The position numbers and the translations under genes were made by a program. From an uncultured Oscillospiraceae bacterium (GTDB lineage: Bacteria; Bacillota; Clostridia; Oscillospirales; CAG-382): a stretch of DNA of 64,000 bases. Below the pieces are notes generated by a model that saw nothing but the letters and a program-made list of their open reading frames with translations, did no database searches and had not been told where the DNA came from. The stretch is taken from the NCBI GenBank assembly GCA_964485815.1, contig CAZAJX010000002.1, forward strand, positions 3,659-67,658, written 5' to 3'. Shown here in pieces: positions 9,144-18,189 of this stretch (its first letter is position 1; every line of letters begins with the position of its first letter).

Positions 9144-11723
9144 ATGAAAAACAGATTGATCTCACTTGTTTTATGCCTTGCAATGTGTCTGTCAGCCGCA
9201 GGCGTCCTCGTAGGATGCGGCGGTTCGGGCGGTTCTACTCCCGATGCACTCGTTATAATGACAGATGCTTTGGACGGCGTATTCAACCCCTTCTTCTCCA
9301 CCACTGCCGCTGACGGCACTATTGTTTCTATGACACAGATCGGTATGCTTACTACCGGTTATGAAAACGGAAACGTTGTTGTTGCCTGCGGTGATGACGA
9401 AGCCGTTGTGGTTAAGGATTACGATATCACATACGACTCCGCAAGCGATAAAACCACTTATACCTTTGTTATAAAAAACGGTATTCTTTATTCCGACGGT
9501 CATCCTCTTACTATGGAGGACGTAATGTTTAACCTTTACGTTTATCTTGATCCTGTTTATACCGGTTCTTCCACTATGTATTCTACCGATATCGTAGGTC
9601 TTCAGGATTACCGTACACAGCAGTTCACCTCCGGCTCCGGTGACGTTGACGAGAATATTTCCAACGCTGCCTCTTCCAGAGCGCAGAACCGTCTTAATGA
9701 GCTTATCAACCTGTTCCGTCAGGTCGGCGCTACCGCTACTCAGGGCAGCTACAGCGCAGATTACGATACTATGGTATCCGCTATAAAGACTCATTCCTTG
9801 TCTTCCGGCTACAAGGAAGCTATTTCTTCCGATCCTTCTACCGTAACGGTAAATGATCTTCTCGCTGACTATAACCGTGCTTTGGAGCTCTTTAAAGAAG
9901 AACTTGAAACCGACTACGCCAGCGCGCAGGAAGCTTACACCGACGAGCCCTACAAATCCCGCGAAGAATTCAAGAATCCCGTTACCTGCTTTATGTTTGC
10001 CGAAGGTTACGTTTCTCTGGAATATGCCAAGGATCCCGTGACCAATAAGGATATCAAGTCCAAGATAGAAAACGTTACCCTTCTTTATAACGATTCCGTT
10101 GTTAAGGATAAGGAATCTGCTATTGAATACGTATATCAGTCCAAGATACAGCAGGAATTTGACCAGATTCTTCTTTACTGGGCAACTGCGCAGACCCTGA
10201 AGACCGAATTTACCGCAAAGGCAAAGGAAGTTATACTTCACGAAAACGTTGCCGATGACGGTTCTCTTAAGGTTCCCAATATCAGCGGTATCGTTTCTCT
10301 CGGTCATACTACCGATATTACCGAAGTTACCGCTAAAAACGGCACTTATAAGGTTGCAAAGGGACATAACGAAGACGGTACTGTCAAAAATGCAGATGAG
10401 TACGATGTTCTTCAGATCACCATAAACGGTGTCGACCCCAAGGCTATATGGAACTTTGCTTTTGCAGTTGCTCCCCAGCATTACTACGCTGAAGGCCACG
10501 AGGTTGATATTGTAAACAACAAGTTCGGTGTTGATTTCGGTTCATACGATTTTATGACCAATGAAATTCAGTCCACTCGTAATATTCAGGTTCCTATGGG
10601 CGCAGGTGCATATATCGCTACCGACAGCAACAATAACGATAACCCCTCCGGTACTTCCTTCTATACAGATAACGTAGTATACTTCAAGGCAAATGAATCC
10701 TTCCTTCTCGGCGCACCCAAGATAGATAAGGTACGTTATCAGGTAGTAAGCTCTACCGATGCTCTTAACACTCTTGAAAACGGCTCTGTTCACTTTGTAA
10801 CTCCTCAGTTTACTCAGAACAATATAGATAAGCTTAATTCTCTTGAAAGCAAGGGCATTAAGAAGACCTGGACACAGCAGCTCGGTTACGGTTATATCGG
10901 TATCAACGCCAAGAAAATTCCCGATATCAATCTCCGTAAAGCAATTATGTGTGCTATGGATACCAGCCTTGCACTCAGCTACTACAGCGCAGGTATGGCA
11001 GAAACTATCTATTGGCCCATGTCCACCGTAAGCTGGGCGTATCCCAAGGATGATTCCGGCAAGAACAGCCGTGATAACGGTCACGACTACCCCGCTATCA
11101 GCTTTAACGCAGAGGACGCAAAGACATCTATTCTGGATTATATGGCGGCTGCAGGCGTTTCCGCAAACGATCCCAAGCTTTCCATCCGCTTTACCATTGC
11201 GGGTGCGAACCTTACCGATCACCCCACTTACCAGACCTTCCGTGCCGCAGCAGCGCTTTTGAACGAATGCGGTTGGGACGTTGAGGTCGTAGCTGACTCC
11301 AACGCACTTACCAAGCTGAGCACCGGTTCTCTTTCCGTATGGGCAGCTGCATGGGGCTCTACCGTTGACCCTGACCTTTATCAGGTATACCACAAGAATT
11401 CTACCGCTACCAGCGTTCTTTCCTGGGGTTATGATGCGATACTTGCAAATCCCGCAAGCTATCCCGTTGAGAATTCCATACTCAATAAATTGAGTGAAGT
11501 TATCGACGATGCCCGCGAAACCGACGACAGAGAAGTTCGTACAGAGCTTTACGAAGAAGCTATGGGTTATATTCTCGATCTTGCTGTTGAGCTTCCCGTA
11601 TACCAGAGAATGGTATTGTACGCTTATAACAGCAACGTGATCGATCCCGCTTCCCTGCCTTCCGAGATCAATCCCTATTCTTCACCTCTTGATCACCTCT
11701 GGGAGATTGAATTCGCAAAATAA
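9144..11723 (+). CDS. ABC transporter substrate-binding lipoprotein, family 5 (peptide/nickel/oligosaccharide type), unusually long (859 aa)
   Basis: SD GGAGG and lipobox LVG-C followed by a Gly/Ser linker. Family-5 SBP character is recognised over most of the length. It sits directly upstream of DppB/OppB-type permease genes. Confidence 0.8.
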   Translation: MKNRLISLVLCLAMCLSAAGVLVGCGGSGGSTPDALVIMTDALDGVFNPFFSTTAADGTIVSMTQIGMLTTGYENGNVVVACGDDEAVVVKDYDITYDSASDKTTYTFVIKNGILYSDGHPLTMEDVMFNLYVYLDPVYTGSSTMYSTDIVGLQDYRTQQFTSGSGDVDENISNAASSRAQNRLNELINLFRQVGATATQGSYSADYDTMVSAIKTHSLSSGYKEAISSDPSTVTVNDLLADYNRALELFKEELETDYASAQEAYTDEPYKSREEFKNPVTCFMFAEGYVSLEYAKDPVTNKDIKSKIENVTLLYNDSVVKDKESAIEYVYQSKIQQEFDQILLYWATAQTLKTEFTAKAKEVILHENVADDGSLKVPNISGIVSLGHTTDITEVTAKNGTYKVAKGHNEDGTVKNADEYDVLQITINGVDPKAIWNFAFAVAPQHYYAEGHEVDIVNNKFGVDFGSYDFMTNEIQSTRNIQVPMGAGAYIATDSNNNDNPSGTSFYTDNVVYFKANESFLLGAPKIDKVRYQVVSSTDALNTLENGSVHFVTPQFTQNNIDKLNSLESKGIKKTWTQQLGYGYIGINAKKIPDINLRKAIMCAMDTSLALSYYSAGMAETIYWPMSTVSWAYPKDDSGKNSRDNGHDYPAISFNAEDAKTSILDYMAAAGVSANDPKLSIRFTIAGANLTDHPTYQTFRAAAALLNECGWDVEVVADSNALTKLSTGSLSVWAAAWGSTVDPDLYQVYHKNSTATSVLSWGYDAILANPASYPVENSILNKLSEVIDDARETDDREVRTELYEEAMGYILDLAVELPVYQRMVLYAYNSNVIDPASLPSEINPYSSPLDHLWEIEFAK

Positions 11724-11746
11724 ATTAACTTTTTTCGGAGAGATAT

Positions 11747-12745
11747 ATGTTAAAATACATACTGAAAAGACTTGCTCTTTCCGTCCTTATATTGCTGGGT
11801 GTATCTCTTATAATTTACGTGCTCATTCGCTGTATGCCGGTAAGCTTTATCGACACTAAAATTGCAGAAATGAGTATGAACGGTGCTACTATACCCGAAG
11901 AAACCGTAGAGAGTATGAAAGCTCTCTACGGTCTGGGTGATAATTCCTTCGGCGGTATTATCAAGGGATATCTAAATTGGCTGGGTGCGTTGTGCAGATT
12001 TGATTTCGGTATATCCTTCAAATACAGCATTCCCGTTATCGACGTTATCAAACAAAATATGGGGCTTTCATTCATTATCGCGTTGATAGCCACGTTTTTT
12101 GAGTTTATGATCGCCGTTCCTTTGGGAATAACTGCCGCAACACACCAATATTCCATACGGGATTATGCCGTTACCATATTGGTTATGATCGGTATTTCTC
12201 TGCCATCCTTCTTCTTTGGTCAGGTGCTTAAGGATCTGTTGGCTATGAAGCTGCCCTTTGACTGGTTCTACCCTTCCCTGCTGACAGACGCATCTCAATC
12301 ACTTTCGGGATTTCCGCTGTTGCTTGACTATGTACGCCACCTGTTCATCCCCATTCTTACTGTTGTAATACTCAGTATCGGCGGCAGAATGCGTATGACA
12401 CGTACCAATATGTTGGAGGTACTTAATTCCGATTATATCCGCACAGCCCGTGCGAAGGGATTAAAGGAGCGTGTGGTAATTTATAAGCACGCATTCCGTA
12501 ATACGCTCATTCCGTTGGTTACCAGCCTTGCGGGATTACTGCCTTCGCTGTTTTCCGGTGCTATTATCACCGAGCAGGTATTCAGTCTTCCCGGTATTGG
12601 TAATATTGCATTTCAGGCTATGGCAGACGGTGATATTCCGTTTATTATGGGCTACAATATGTTTCTGGCGTTGCTCAGCGTAATAGGAGTTCTTCTTGCG
12701 GACCTTATGTACGCCATAGTAGATCCCAGAGTTAAGCTTGAGTAA
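11747..12745 (+). CDS. ABC transporter permease, OppB/DppB type
   Basis: Characteristic start MLKYILKRL, six hydrophobic segments and the conserved loop SDYIRTARAKGLKE. SD GGAGAG. Confidence 0.9.
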   Translation: MLKYILKRLALSVLILLGVSLIIYVLIRCMPVSFIDTKIAEMSMNGATIPEETVESMKALYGLGDNSFGGIIKGYLNWLGALCRFDFGISFKYSIPVIDVIKQNMGLSFIIALIATFFEFMIAVPLGITAATHQYSIRDYAVTILVMIGISLPSFFFGQVLKDLLAMKLPFDWFYPSLLTDASQSLSGFPLLLDYVRHLFIPILTVVILSIGGRMRMTRTNMLEVLNSDYIRTARAKGLKERVVIYKHAFRNTLIPLVTSLAGLLPSLFSGAIITEQVFSLPGIGNIAFQAMADGDIPFIMGYNMFLALLSVIGVLLADLMYAIVDPRVKLE

Positions 12746-12757
12746 AGGAGAAACGAT

Positions 12758-13804
12758 ATGGAAGAAAAGAAAATAAACGAACCTATCGTTAACACCTCCG
12801 ATTACGAAGAAGAATCTTTTGATAAAAACGTACGGCTTATGTCCCCTACTCGTATGGTTATCCGCAGATTTTTCCGTTCAAAGCTGAGTATTGTCGGTCT
12901 TATTATGATAATCGCTCTGTTTTTGTTTTGTTGGATCGGACCTTTGGTATATGATACCTGGGGACAAGCTGAATCCGATACCACGGGCAAAACAGAATAT
13001 ACGGAACACGCCGTTACCTTTGAAAAGGATGGAAAGACTTATACGTTCCATCAGGTTGTGGAGGTAAAGAAGAGCCTTAATAATCTTGCACCTCCCAGTT
13101 CCGAACATCCTCTCGGTACCGATAAAAGCGCACGCGACGTATTGATACGTCTTATGTACGGCGGAAGAATTTCGCTTACCGTAAGCTTCCTTGCCGTATT
13201 TATAACCACCTTCTTCGGAATAATTTTCGGCGGAATTGCAGGCTATTTCGGCGGAGTAATAGATAACGCAATAATGCGTATCTGCGATATTCTCATATGT
13301 CTGCCGGGATTTCCCATACTGCTGATTGTCGGTACTCTGATAGACGCCGCGGGAATAGACCTTAAATTTAAGATATATTACCTGATGGCGTTCTTGACGA
13401 TTATTTCCTGGCCCGGAACAGCCCGCTTGGTAAGAGGACAGATACTGTCGCTTCGTGAGCAGGAATATATGATTGCCGCAGAAGCAATGGGATATTCCAC
13501 TGTCAGAAAAATATTCAAGCATCTTCTTCCCAACGTAATTCCTCAGCTTATCGTTGCTATGACGTTAAGCTTGGGTAGTATGATCCTTTATGAGGCTTCC
13601 CTTTCCTATCTGGGCTTAGGCGCACCTGAGGAATACGCCGCTTGGGGTACGATGATAAACATAGTTGCCGAAGACCAGAATATACTTCAGAATTATTTCA
13701 ACGTATGGGGTCCTCCCGGTATTTGTATAATTCTTGCAGTTCTCGGCTTCAACTTCGTGGGCGACGGCTTGCGTGATGCGCTTGACCCCAAGATGAGGAG
13801 GTAA
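12758..13804 (+). CDS. ABC transporter permease, OppC/DppC type
   Basis: OppC_N-like N-terminus (MSPTRMVIRRFFRSKLSIVGL) and conserved loop EYMIAAEAMGYS. SD AGGAG. Confidence 0.9.
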   Translation: MEEKKINEPIVNTSDYEEESFDKNVRLMSPTRMVIRRFFRSKLSIVGLIMIIALFLFCWIGPLVYDTWGQAESDTTGKTEYTEHAVTFEKDGKTYTFHQVVEVKKSLNNLAPPSSEHPLGTDKSARDVLIRLMYGGRISLTVSFLAVFITTFFGIIFGGIAGYFGGVIDNAIMRICDILICLPGFPILLIVGTLIDAAGIDLKFKIYYLMAFLTIISWPGTARLVRGQILSLREQEYMIAAEAMGYSTVRKIFKHLLPNVIPQLIVAMTLSLGSMILYEASLSYLGLGAPEEYAAWGTMINIVAEDQNILQNYFNVWGPPGICIILAVLGFNFVGDGLRDALDPKMRR

Positions 13805-13806
13805 TT

Positions 13807-15033
13807 ATGGCAGCTAAAGAAAATAATTCAAGATACCTGTCCGGTAAGGAAATACGCCGTATTGCAAAAGAAAACGCAAAGATAATGCGTACTCTTGAAA
13901 ATCGCAAGCACCGCAAGGCGGACGAAAAAGAATTCCTTACCGAAATGAAAAACAAGGATAATATTTTAGAGATCGAAGACCTCCATACCTACTTTTTTAC
14001 CGATCAAGGTGTGGTAAAAGCGGTTAACGGCGTGTCCTTCGATATTCCGAAAAACTCTACTGTAGGCGTTGTCGGTGAATCGGGCTGCGGAAAGTCCGTT
14101 ACGAGTATGTCTATAATGCAACTGCTCCAAGGACCGCAGGGACAGATCTACAGCGGAAATATCCGCTTTTTGTCCCACGAATATAAGCTTGATAACCGTG
14201 GAAAAACGATTCCTACAGGTGAAAAGGACGAAAACGGTACTCCTATTTACGAAATGGAAGATAAGGTGCTTGATATAGCTAATATGCCTATAAGCGAGAT
14301 ACATCGTATCCGCGGCAGACAGATCGCTATGATCTTTCAGGAGCCTATGACTTCCCTTAATCCCGTTTTTACCATCGGTAATCAGCTTGACGAGGTTACT
14401 TTTATCCACGTTCCCGGTGCTACCAAAGAATCAGCAAAAAAGCGTTCTTTGGAAATGCTGAGTATGGTTGGCATTGCTATGCCCGAGCACGTTTATAAAT
14501 CCTACCCCCACGAGCTTTCCGGCGGTATGCGTCAGCGTGTAATGATCTCTATGGCGTTAGCTTGCAATCCCCGCCTTATCATTGCAGATGAGCCCACAAC
14601 CGCTCTGGACGTTACCATTCAGGCGCAGATACTTGATCTGCTTCGTGATCTTAAACAGAAAATGGACGGTTCCATTCTGCTTATAACCCACGATCTGGGC
14701 ATTATTGCCGAAATGGCGGATTACGTTGTGGTAATGTATGCTGGAAGAGTTATCGAAAAAGGAACTGTTTCCGAAATATTCCACAATCCTCTTCATCCTT
14801 ATACCGTCGGACTTCAGAAATCCAAGCCCACGCTGGATTCCAATGATGACAAGCTGTTCAATATTCCCGGTAACGTTCCCAACCCCGTAAATATGCCTTC
14901 CCATTGTTATTTTAAAGAAAGATGTTCTCGTTGCAACAAAAAATGCAGCGGAGATTATCCCGAAATGATTCAAGTAAGCCCCACTCATTTCGTGGCTTGT
15001 CATCTGTACGGAGAGGAGAATGAAAATGTCTGA
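13807..15033 (+). CDS. ABC transporter ATP-binding protein, OppD type, with a ~55-aa basic N-terminal extension
   Basis: Walker A GESGCGKS, signature LSGGMRQR, Walker B LIIADEPTTALD, and a C-terminal Cys-rich oligopeptide-type tail. SD GAGGAGG. Confidence 0.9.
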   Translation: MAAKENNSRYLSGKEIRRIAKENAKIMRTLENRKHRKADEKEFLTEMKNKDNILEIEDLHTYFFTDQGVVKAVNGVSFDIPKNSTVGVVGESGCGKSVTSMSIMQLLQGPQGQIYSGNIRFLSHEYKLDNRGKTIPTGEKDENGTPIYEMEDKVLDIANMPISEIHRIRGRQIAMIFQEPMTSLNPVFTIGNQLDEVTFIHVPGATKESAKKRSLEMLSMVGIAMPEHVYKSYPHELSGGMRQRVMISMALACNPRLIIADEPTTALDVTIQAQILDLLRDLKQKMDGSILLITHDLGIIAEMADYVVVMYAGRVIEKGTVSEIFHNPLHPYTVGLQKSKPTLDSNDDKLFNIPGNVPNPVNMPSHCYFKERCSRCNKKCSGDYPEMIQVSPTHFVACHLYGEENENV

Positions 15034-16129
15034 TAATAATCAAATTAATATTCCCTCCGAATATAATGACGAAGCTTTGGCTTTGGAAGAAGCTGAAATA
15101 AAAAAGGCGCAGATTGAAGCCGATTCCGTGTTACCGCCCGACCCCAATGCTCTTTTGGAAGTACGACATCTGCGTAAATGCTTCCCTATAAAAAAGAGCT
15201 TGTTCGGAAAGGTTCAGAAGGAGCTTGTAGCAGTAGACGATGTGTCTTTCAAGCTTATGCCCGGCGAAACGTTGGGTATAGTTGGTGAATCGGGTTGCGG
15301 CAAAACCACTATGGGCAGAACCATACTCAAGCTTACACAGCCCAGTGGCGGTCAGATCTTCTTTAAAGGCAAGGATATTTCCTCCTATTCCAAAGCGCAG
15401 ATGCGTCCCATACGCACTCAGATGCAGATTATTTTTCAGGACCCCTATTCCTCACTTCCCCCCAGAAGTACCGTTGGTGATATCTTGTCCGAGCCCGTAA
15501 AGGTTCACAACATTGTCCCCAAGGATAACGTGCGTGATTACGTGCTTGAGCTTATGGACAAGTGCGGCTTGCGTGACTATTATTACGAAAGATATCCTCA
15601 CGAGTTTTCCGGCGGACAAAGACAGAGAATATGTATCGCTCGCGCACTTTCCGTAAACCCCGAATTGGTGGTGTGCGACGAACCTGTTTCCGCATTGGAC
15701 GTTTCTATTCAGGCGCAGGTTATAAATCTGCTTAAAAGCCTGCAAAAGTCTATGGGGCTTACTTATCTGTTTATTTCTCACGATCTTTCGGTTGTAAAGT
15801 TTATTTCGGATAAGATAATGGTAATGTATCTTGGCGCAATGATGGAATTCGGAAGCAAAAAGGATATTTTTGAAAATCCCCTGCATCCTTATACCAAAGC
15901 ATTGTTTTCAGCCATTCCTACCCCTAATCCCGATGTAAAAATGAACCGTATGGTATTGAGCGGTGATATTCCCTCGCCTGCAAATCCCCCTAAAGGATGC
16001 CGATTCCACACCCGTTGTCCTTACGCTACCGAAAAATGCAAACACGTTTATCCGGTATTCAGGGAATTCGAACCCGGTCATTTTGCGGCTTGCCACCTGC
16101 TTGAAAAAGAGAATAGTACAAATGAGTAA
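15026..16129 (+). CDS. ABC transporter ATP-binding protein, OppF type
   Basis: Walker [10 protein letters not shown], signature FSGGQRQR, Walker [19 protein letters not shown] lies 7 nt before ATG 15026, so that start is preferred over the track start 15020. Overlaps the oppD-like stop (ATGTCTGA). Confidence 0.9.
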   Translation: MSDNNQINIPSEYNDEALALEEAEIKKAQIEADSVLPPDPNALLEVRHLRKCFPIKKSLFGKVQKELVAVDDVSFKLMPGETLGIVGESGCGKTTMGRTILKLTQPSGGQIFFKGKDISSYSKAQMRPIRTQMQIIFQDPYSSLPPRSTVGDILSEPVKVHNIVPKDNVRDYVLELMDKCGLRDYYYERYPHEFSGGQRQRICIARALSVNPELVVCDEPVSALDVSIQAQVINLLKSLQKSMGLTYLFISHDLSVVKFISDKIMVMYLGAMMEFGSKKDIFENPLHPYTKALFSAIPTPNPDVKMNRMVLSGDIPSPANPPKGCRFHTRCPYATEKCKHVYPVFREFEPGHFAACHLLEKENSTNE

Positions 16130-16370
16130 AGAAAAAAAGAACAAAAAAGAAAAGATCACGTATATAGATGACGGCTCTTCCTTTGCGGATATGTCGGGCG
16201 TTCCAAAGCGGAAAATAAGCTTTCCCTCGGGCTCGTCCTACCGTCCCCGCGCTTCATTGAAGGAGCAGTTTCAGACCTATATCAACGCTTGTAAACTGAT
16301 GTTTTTACCAATGCTGGTTGTTATGGGCTTTATATGCGTACTGTTTTTAATACTCTGGTTTATATTTTAG
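16122..16370 (+). CDS. 82-aa tail-anchored membrane protein of unknown function
   Basis: ATG 16122 overlaps the oppF-like stop (ATGAGTAA). Product is [11 protein letters not shown]..., a Lys-rich hydrophilic ~58 aa followed by one C-terminal TM (LMFLPMLVVMGFICVLFLILWFIF). The track ORF start 15963 lies in an alternative frame inside oppF and was trimmed. Confidence 0.55.
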   Translation: MSKEKKNKKEKITYIDDGSSFADMSGVPKRKISFPSGSSYRPRASLKEQFQTYINACKLMFLPMLVVMGFICVLFLILWFIF

Positions 16371-16380
16371 TTAAATAAAT

Positions 16381-16411
16381 AGCGGCGCAGTAAAAGCGCC
16401 GCTGTTTTTTT
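16381..16411 (+). terminator. Rho-independent terminator ending the protease-Opp unit
   Basis: Stem AGCGGCGC/GCGCCGCT (16381-16388/16396-16403) followed by GTTTTTTT. Confidence 0.85.
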
Positions 16412-16446
16412 ATGTTTCTTTTGTAATATTTAAATTTAACCGTTGG

Positions 16447-16500
16447 TTGAATTATTCTCGCTTACGGTTCCATTGAATTTTCACGTTACGGTGTTATAAT
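16447..16500 (+). promoter_or_regulatory. Promoter of the XRE regulator overlapped by a tandem imperfect direct repeat (candidate operator)
   Basis: TTGAATTATTCTCGCTTACGGT (16447-16468) and TTGAATTTTCACGTTACGGT (16473-16492), period 26 bp. The second copy spans TTGAAT (16473-16478), a 16-nt spacer and TATAAT (16495-16500), preceded by TGT. Confidence 0.45.
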
Positions 16501-16543
16501 AAATATATAAACAGGCCTGTAAAATTTTTTTGAGGTGAAAACT

Positions 16544-17620
16544 ATGGAATTAAACATTGGAACAAATATAAAAAGACTGCGTATTTCAAAGGGTCTTACG
16601 CAAGAGCAGCTCGCTGATTTACTTTGTGTTTCCCACGCTGCAGTAAGCAAATGGGAACTTAAGATAACGTATCCCGATATTACGTTGCTTTTTCCTCTTG
16701 CACAGATATTCGGTGTGAGTATTGACCATCTTGTCGGTTATGATGAGGAAAAGGCAAACGCAGAGATAGCAAATATAATAAGTGAATATCATAGTCTTGG
16801 CGTTATCGGTGATTTTGAGAAACAGCGCGAGCTTATTAAAACCGCCAGAATAAAATATCCCCACGATTATCGCATTATGGTAAGATATATGTGGTTTATC
16901 GCCGGCGGTAAGGCGGGAAACAATGCAAATACTTTACTTGAAAACAAAGATGAGCTTAATGAGATTTGCGATTGTATATTATCCGGATGTACGCAGGATG
17001 CAATTCGGACAGATGCCATTGATATGAAGGCAAAACTTTTACACGCAAGCGGAAAAACATCTGATGCAATAACGCTTTTAAATACTCTTCCTTCTTGGTA
17101 TTCAAAAATAATGGTTGAGCAGTTATTTGAAAAGAATACCGAAGAATATCGCTATTGGAACAAGAGGAATTGTTACGGTCTTCTTGACGTGATGGGAATA
17201 AAGCTTGCGAGGATTATCCGTTTTGATAACACGCTGACCGTTCAAGAAAAAATCGACCGTATTGAATCAATGGGCGAAGCGTTTTATCAAATCAGTCAAA
17301 AGAAAGATATGGAAATTTTCTGTGTCTGTGAAAAGGCGGTATATGCAATACTCGGAGGTATGCTTACCGCTCAAAACACTTCAATAGAAAACGTTATACG
17401 AATAAGAAATAAAGAATTCGCAGCTATGGAACGAATTATGAATTTTTCGCAGAAGGACACGGTGTTAAAAGAGCTGGTTGAAAATACGTATAAGACGCAA
17501 AACATAATTGCTTTCGAAACTGACCGTATGCTGACTTCTCCGCATCCCCAGTTTGCCGCCTTAAGAGAATTCCCCGAATACGTTGATATGCTGAACGAAT
17601 GGGCAGCGAAAACTATTTAA
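16544..17620 (+). CDS. XRE-family HTH transcriptional regulator with a ~290-aa helical C-terminal domain
   Basis: HTH_3 motif IKRLRISKGLTQEQLADLLCVSHAAVSKWE. GAGGTG lies 6 nt before ATG 16544 (track start 16535 is a GTG inside the SD). The C-terminal domain is not recognised beyond a helical-repeat-like composition. Confidence 0.85.
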   Translation: MELNIGTNIKRLRISKGLTQEQLADLLCVSHAAVSKWELKITYPDITLLFPLAQIFGVSIDHLVGYDEEKANAEIANIISEYHSLGVIGDFEKQRELIKTARIKYPHDYRIMVRYMWFIAGGKAGNNANTLLENKDELNEICDCILSGCTQDAIRTDAIDMKAKLLHASGKTSDAITLLNTLPSWYSKIMVEQLFEKNTEEYRYWNKRNCYGLLDVMGIKLARIIRFDNTLTVQEKIDRIESMGEAFYQISQKKDMEIFCVCEKAVYAILGGMLTAQNTSIENVIRIRNKEFAAMERIMNFSQKDTVLKELVENTYKTQNIIAFETDRMLTSPHPQFAALREFPEYVDMLNEWAAKTI

Positions 17621-17652
17621 AAAATAACGGCGCTGTAAAAAGCGCCGCTTTA
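17621..17652. terminator. Bidirectional terminator between the regulator and bcp
   Basis: Stem CGGCGCT/AGCGCCG (17628-17634/17641-17647), flanked by an A-run upstream and a T-run downstream. Confidence 0.75.
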
Positions 17653-18111
17653 TTATTTTCCAAGATATTTAAGGATTTCAGAAGCGTTTGTATCGGGTTT
17701 TACTTTGGGCATTATTTTTTCGATACAACCGTTTTCGTCGATGATAAATGTCGTTCTTACTACACCCATACCGACTTTACCGCACATTTTCTTTTCCTGC
17801 CATACGTCATACGCTTTAATGGCGTTAAGATCGGGATCGGAAAGCAGGATAAAAGGAAGCGAATATTTTTCCGCAAACTTTTTGTGGGATGCAACGCTGT
17901 CCTTGCTTATGCCGATAACGATTATATCATTTGCTTTAAAGCTGTCGTAAGCTTCGGCAAAGGCGCAAGCCTGCTTTGTACAGCCGGGAGTGTTGTCCTT
18001 GGGATAAAAATACAAAACGATCTTTTTACCGAAATGTTCGGATAAACAAAAGAGATTACCCTCTTTATCGTATAATTGAAAATCGGGTGCTTTTGAACCA
18101 ACGGTTAACAT
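17653..18111 (-). CDS. bcp: Thioredoxin-dependent thiol peroxidase (peroxiredoxin Bcp/PrxQ type)
   Basis: Motif YFYPKDNTPGCTKQACAF and typical length of 152 aa. Confidence 0.9.
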   Translation of the reverse strand: MLTVGSKAPDFQLYDKEGNLFCLSEHFGKKIVLYFYPKDNTPGCTKQACAFAEAYDSFKANDIIVIGISKDSVASHKKFAEKYSLPFILLSDPDLNAIKAYDVWQEKKMCGKVGMGVVRTTFIIDENGCIEKIMPKVKPDTNASEILKYLGK

Positions 18112-18131
18112 ATAAATTCTCCTTTATATTC

Positions 18132-18160
18132 TTGACTTAAATATATTGTTTTGGTAAAAT
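18132..18160 (+). promoter_or_regulatory. Sigma-A type promoter
   Basis: TTGACT (18132-18137), 17-nt spacer, TAAAAT (18155-18160), preceded by TGG. Confidence 0.45.
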
Positions 18161-18189
18161 TATAAAAAACTATTAAACGAGGTGTGCAT

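Noticed and set aside
9192-10499. 435-aa antisense ORF inside the binding-protein gene, plus analogous long antisense ORFs at 32602-33576, 35854-36681, 41914-42729, 56048-57127 and 60408-61166
   Set aside because: Every one I checked is in the codon-aligned antisense phase of a well-supported sense gene, so each reflects avoidance of TTA/CTA/TCA codons. None has an SD, and their translations are compositionally odd (Cys/Phe/Asn/Ile-rich).
15963-16121. Upstream 53 codons of the track ORF 15963-16370
   Set aside because: This part lies in an alternative frame entirely inside the well-supported oppF-like gene. A start at ATG 16122 gives the usual stop/start overlap (ATGAGTAA).
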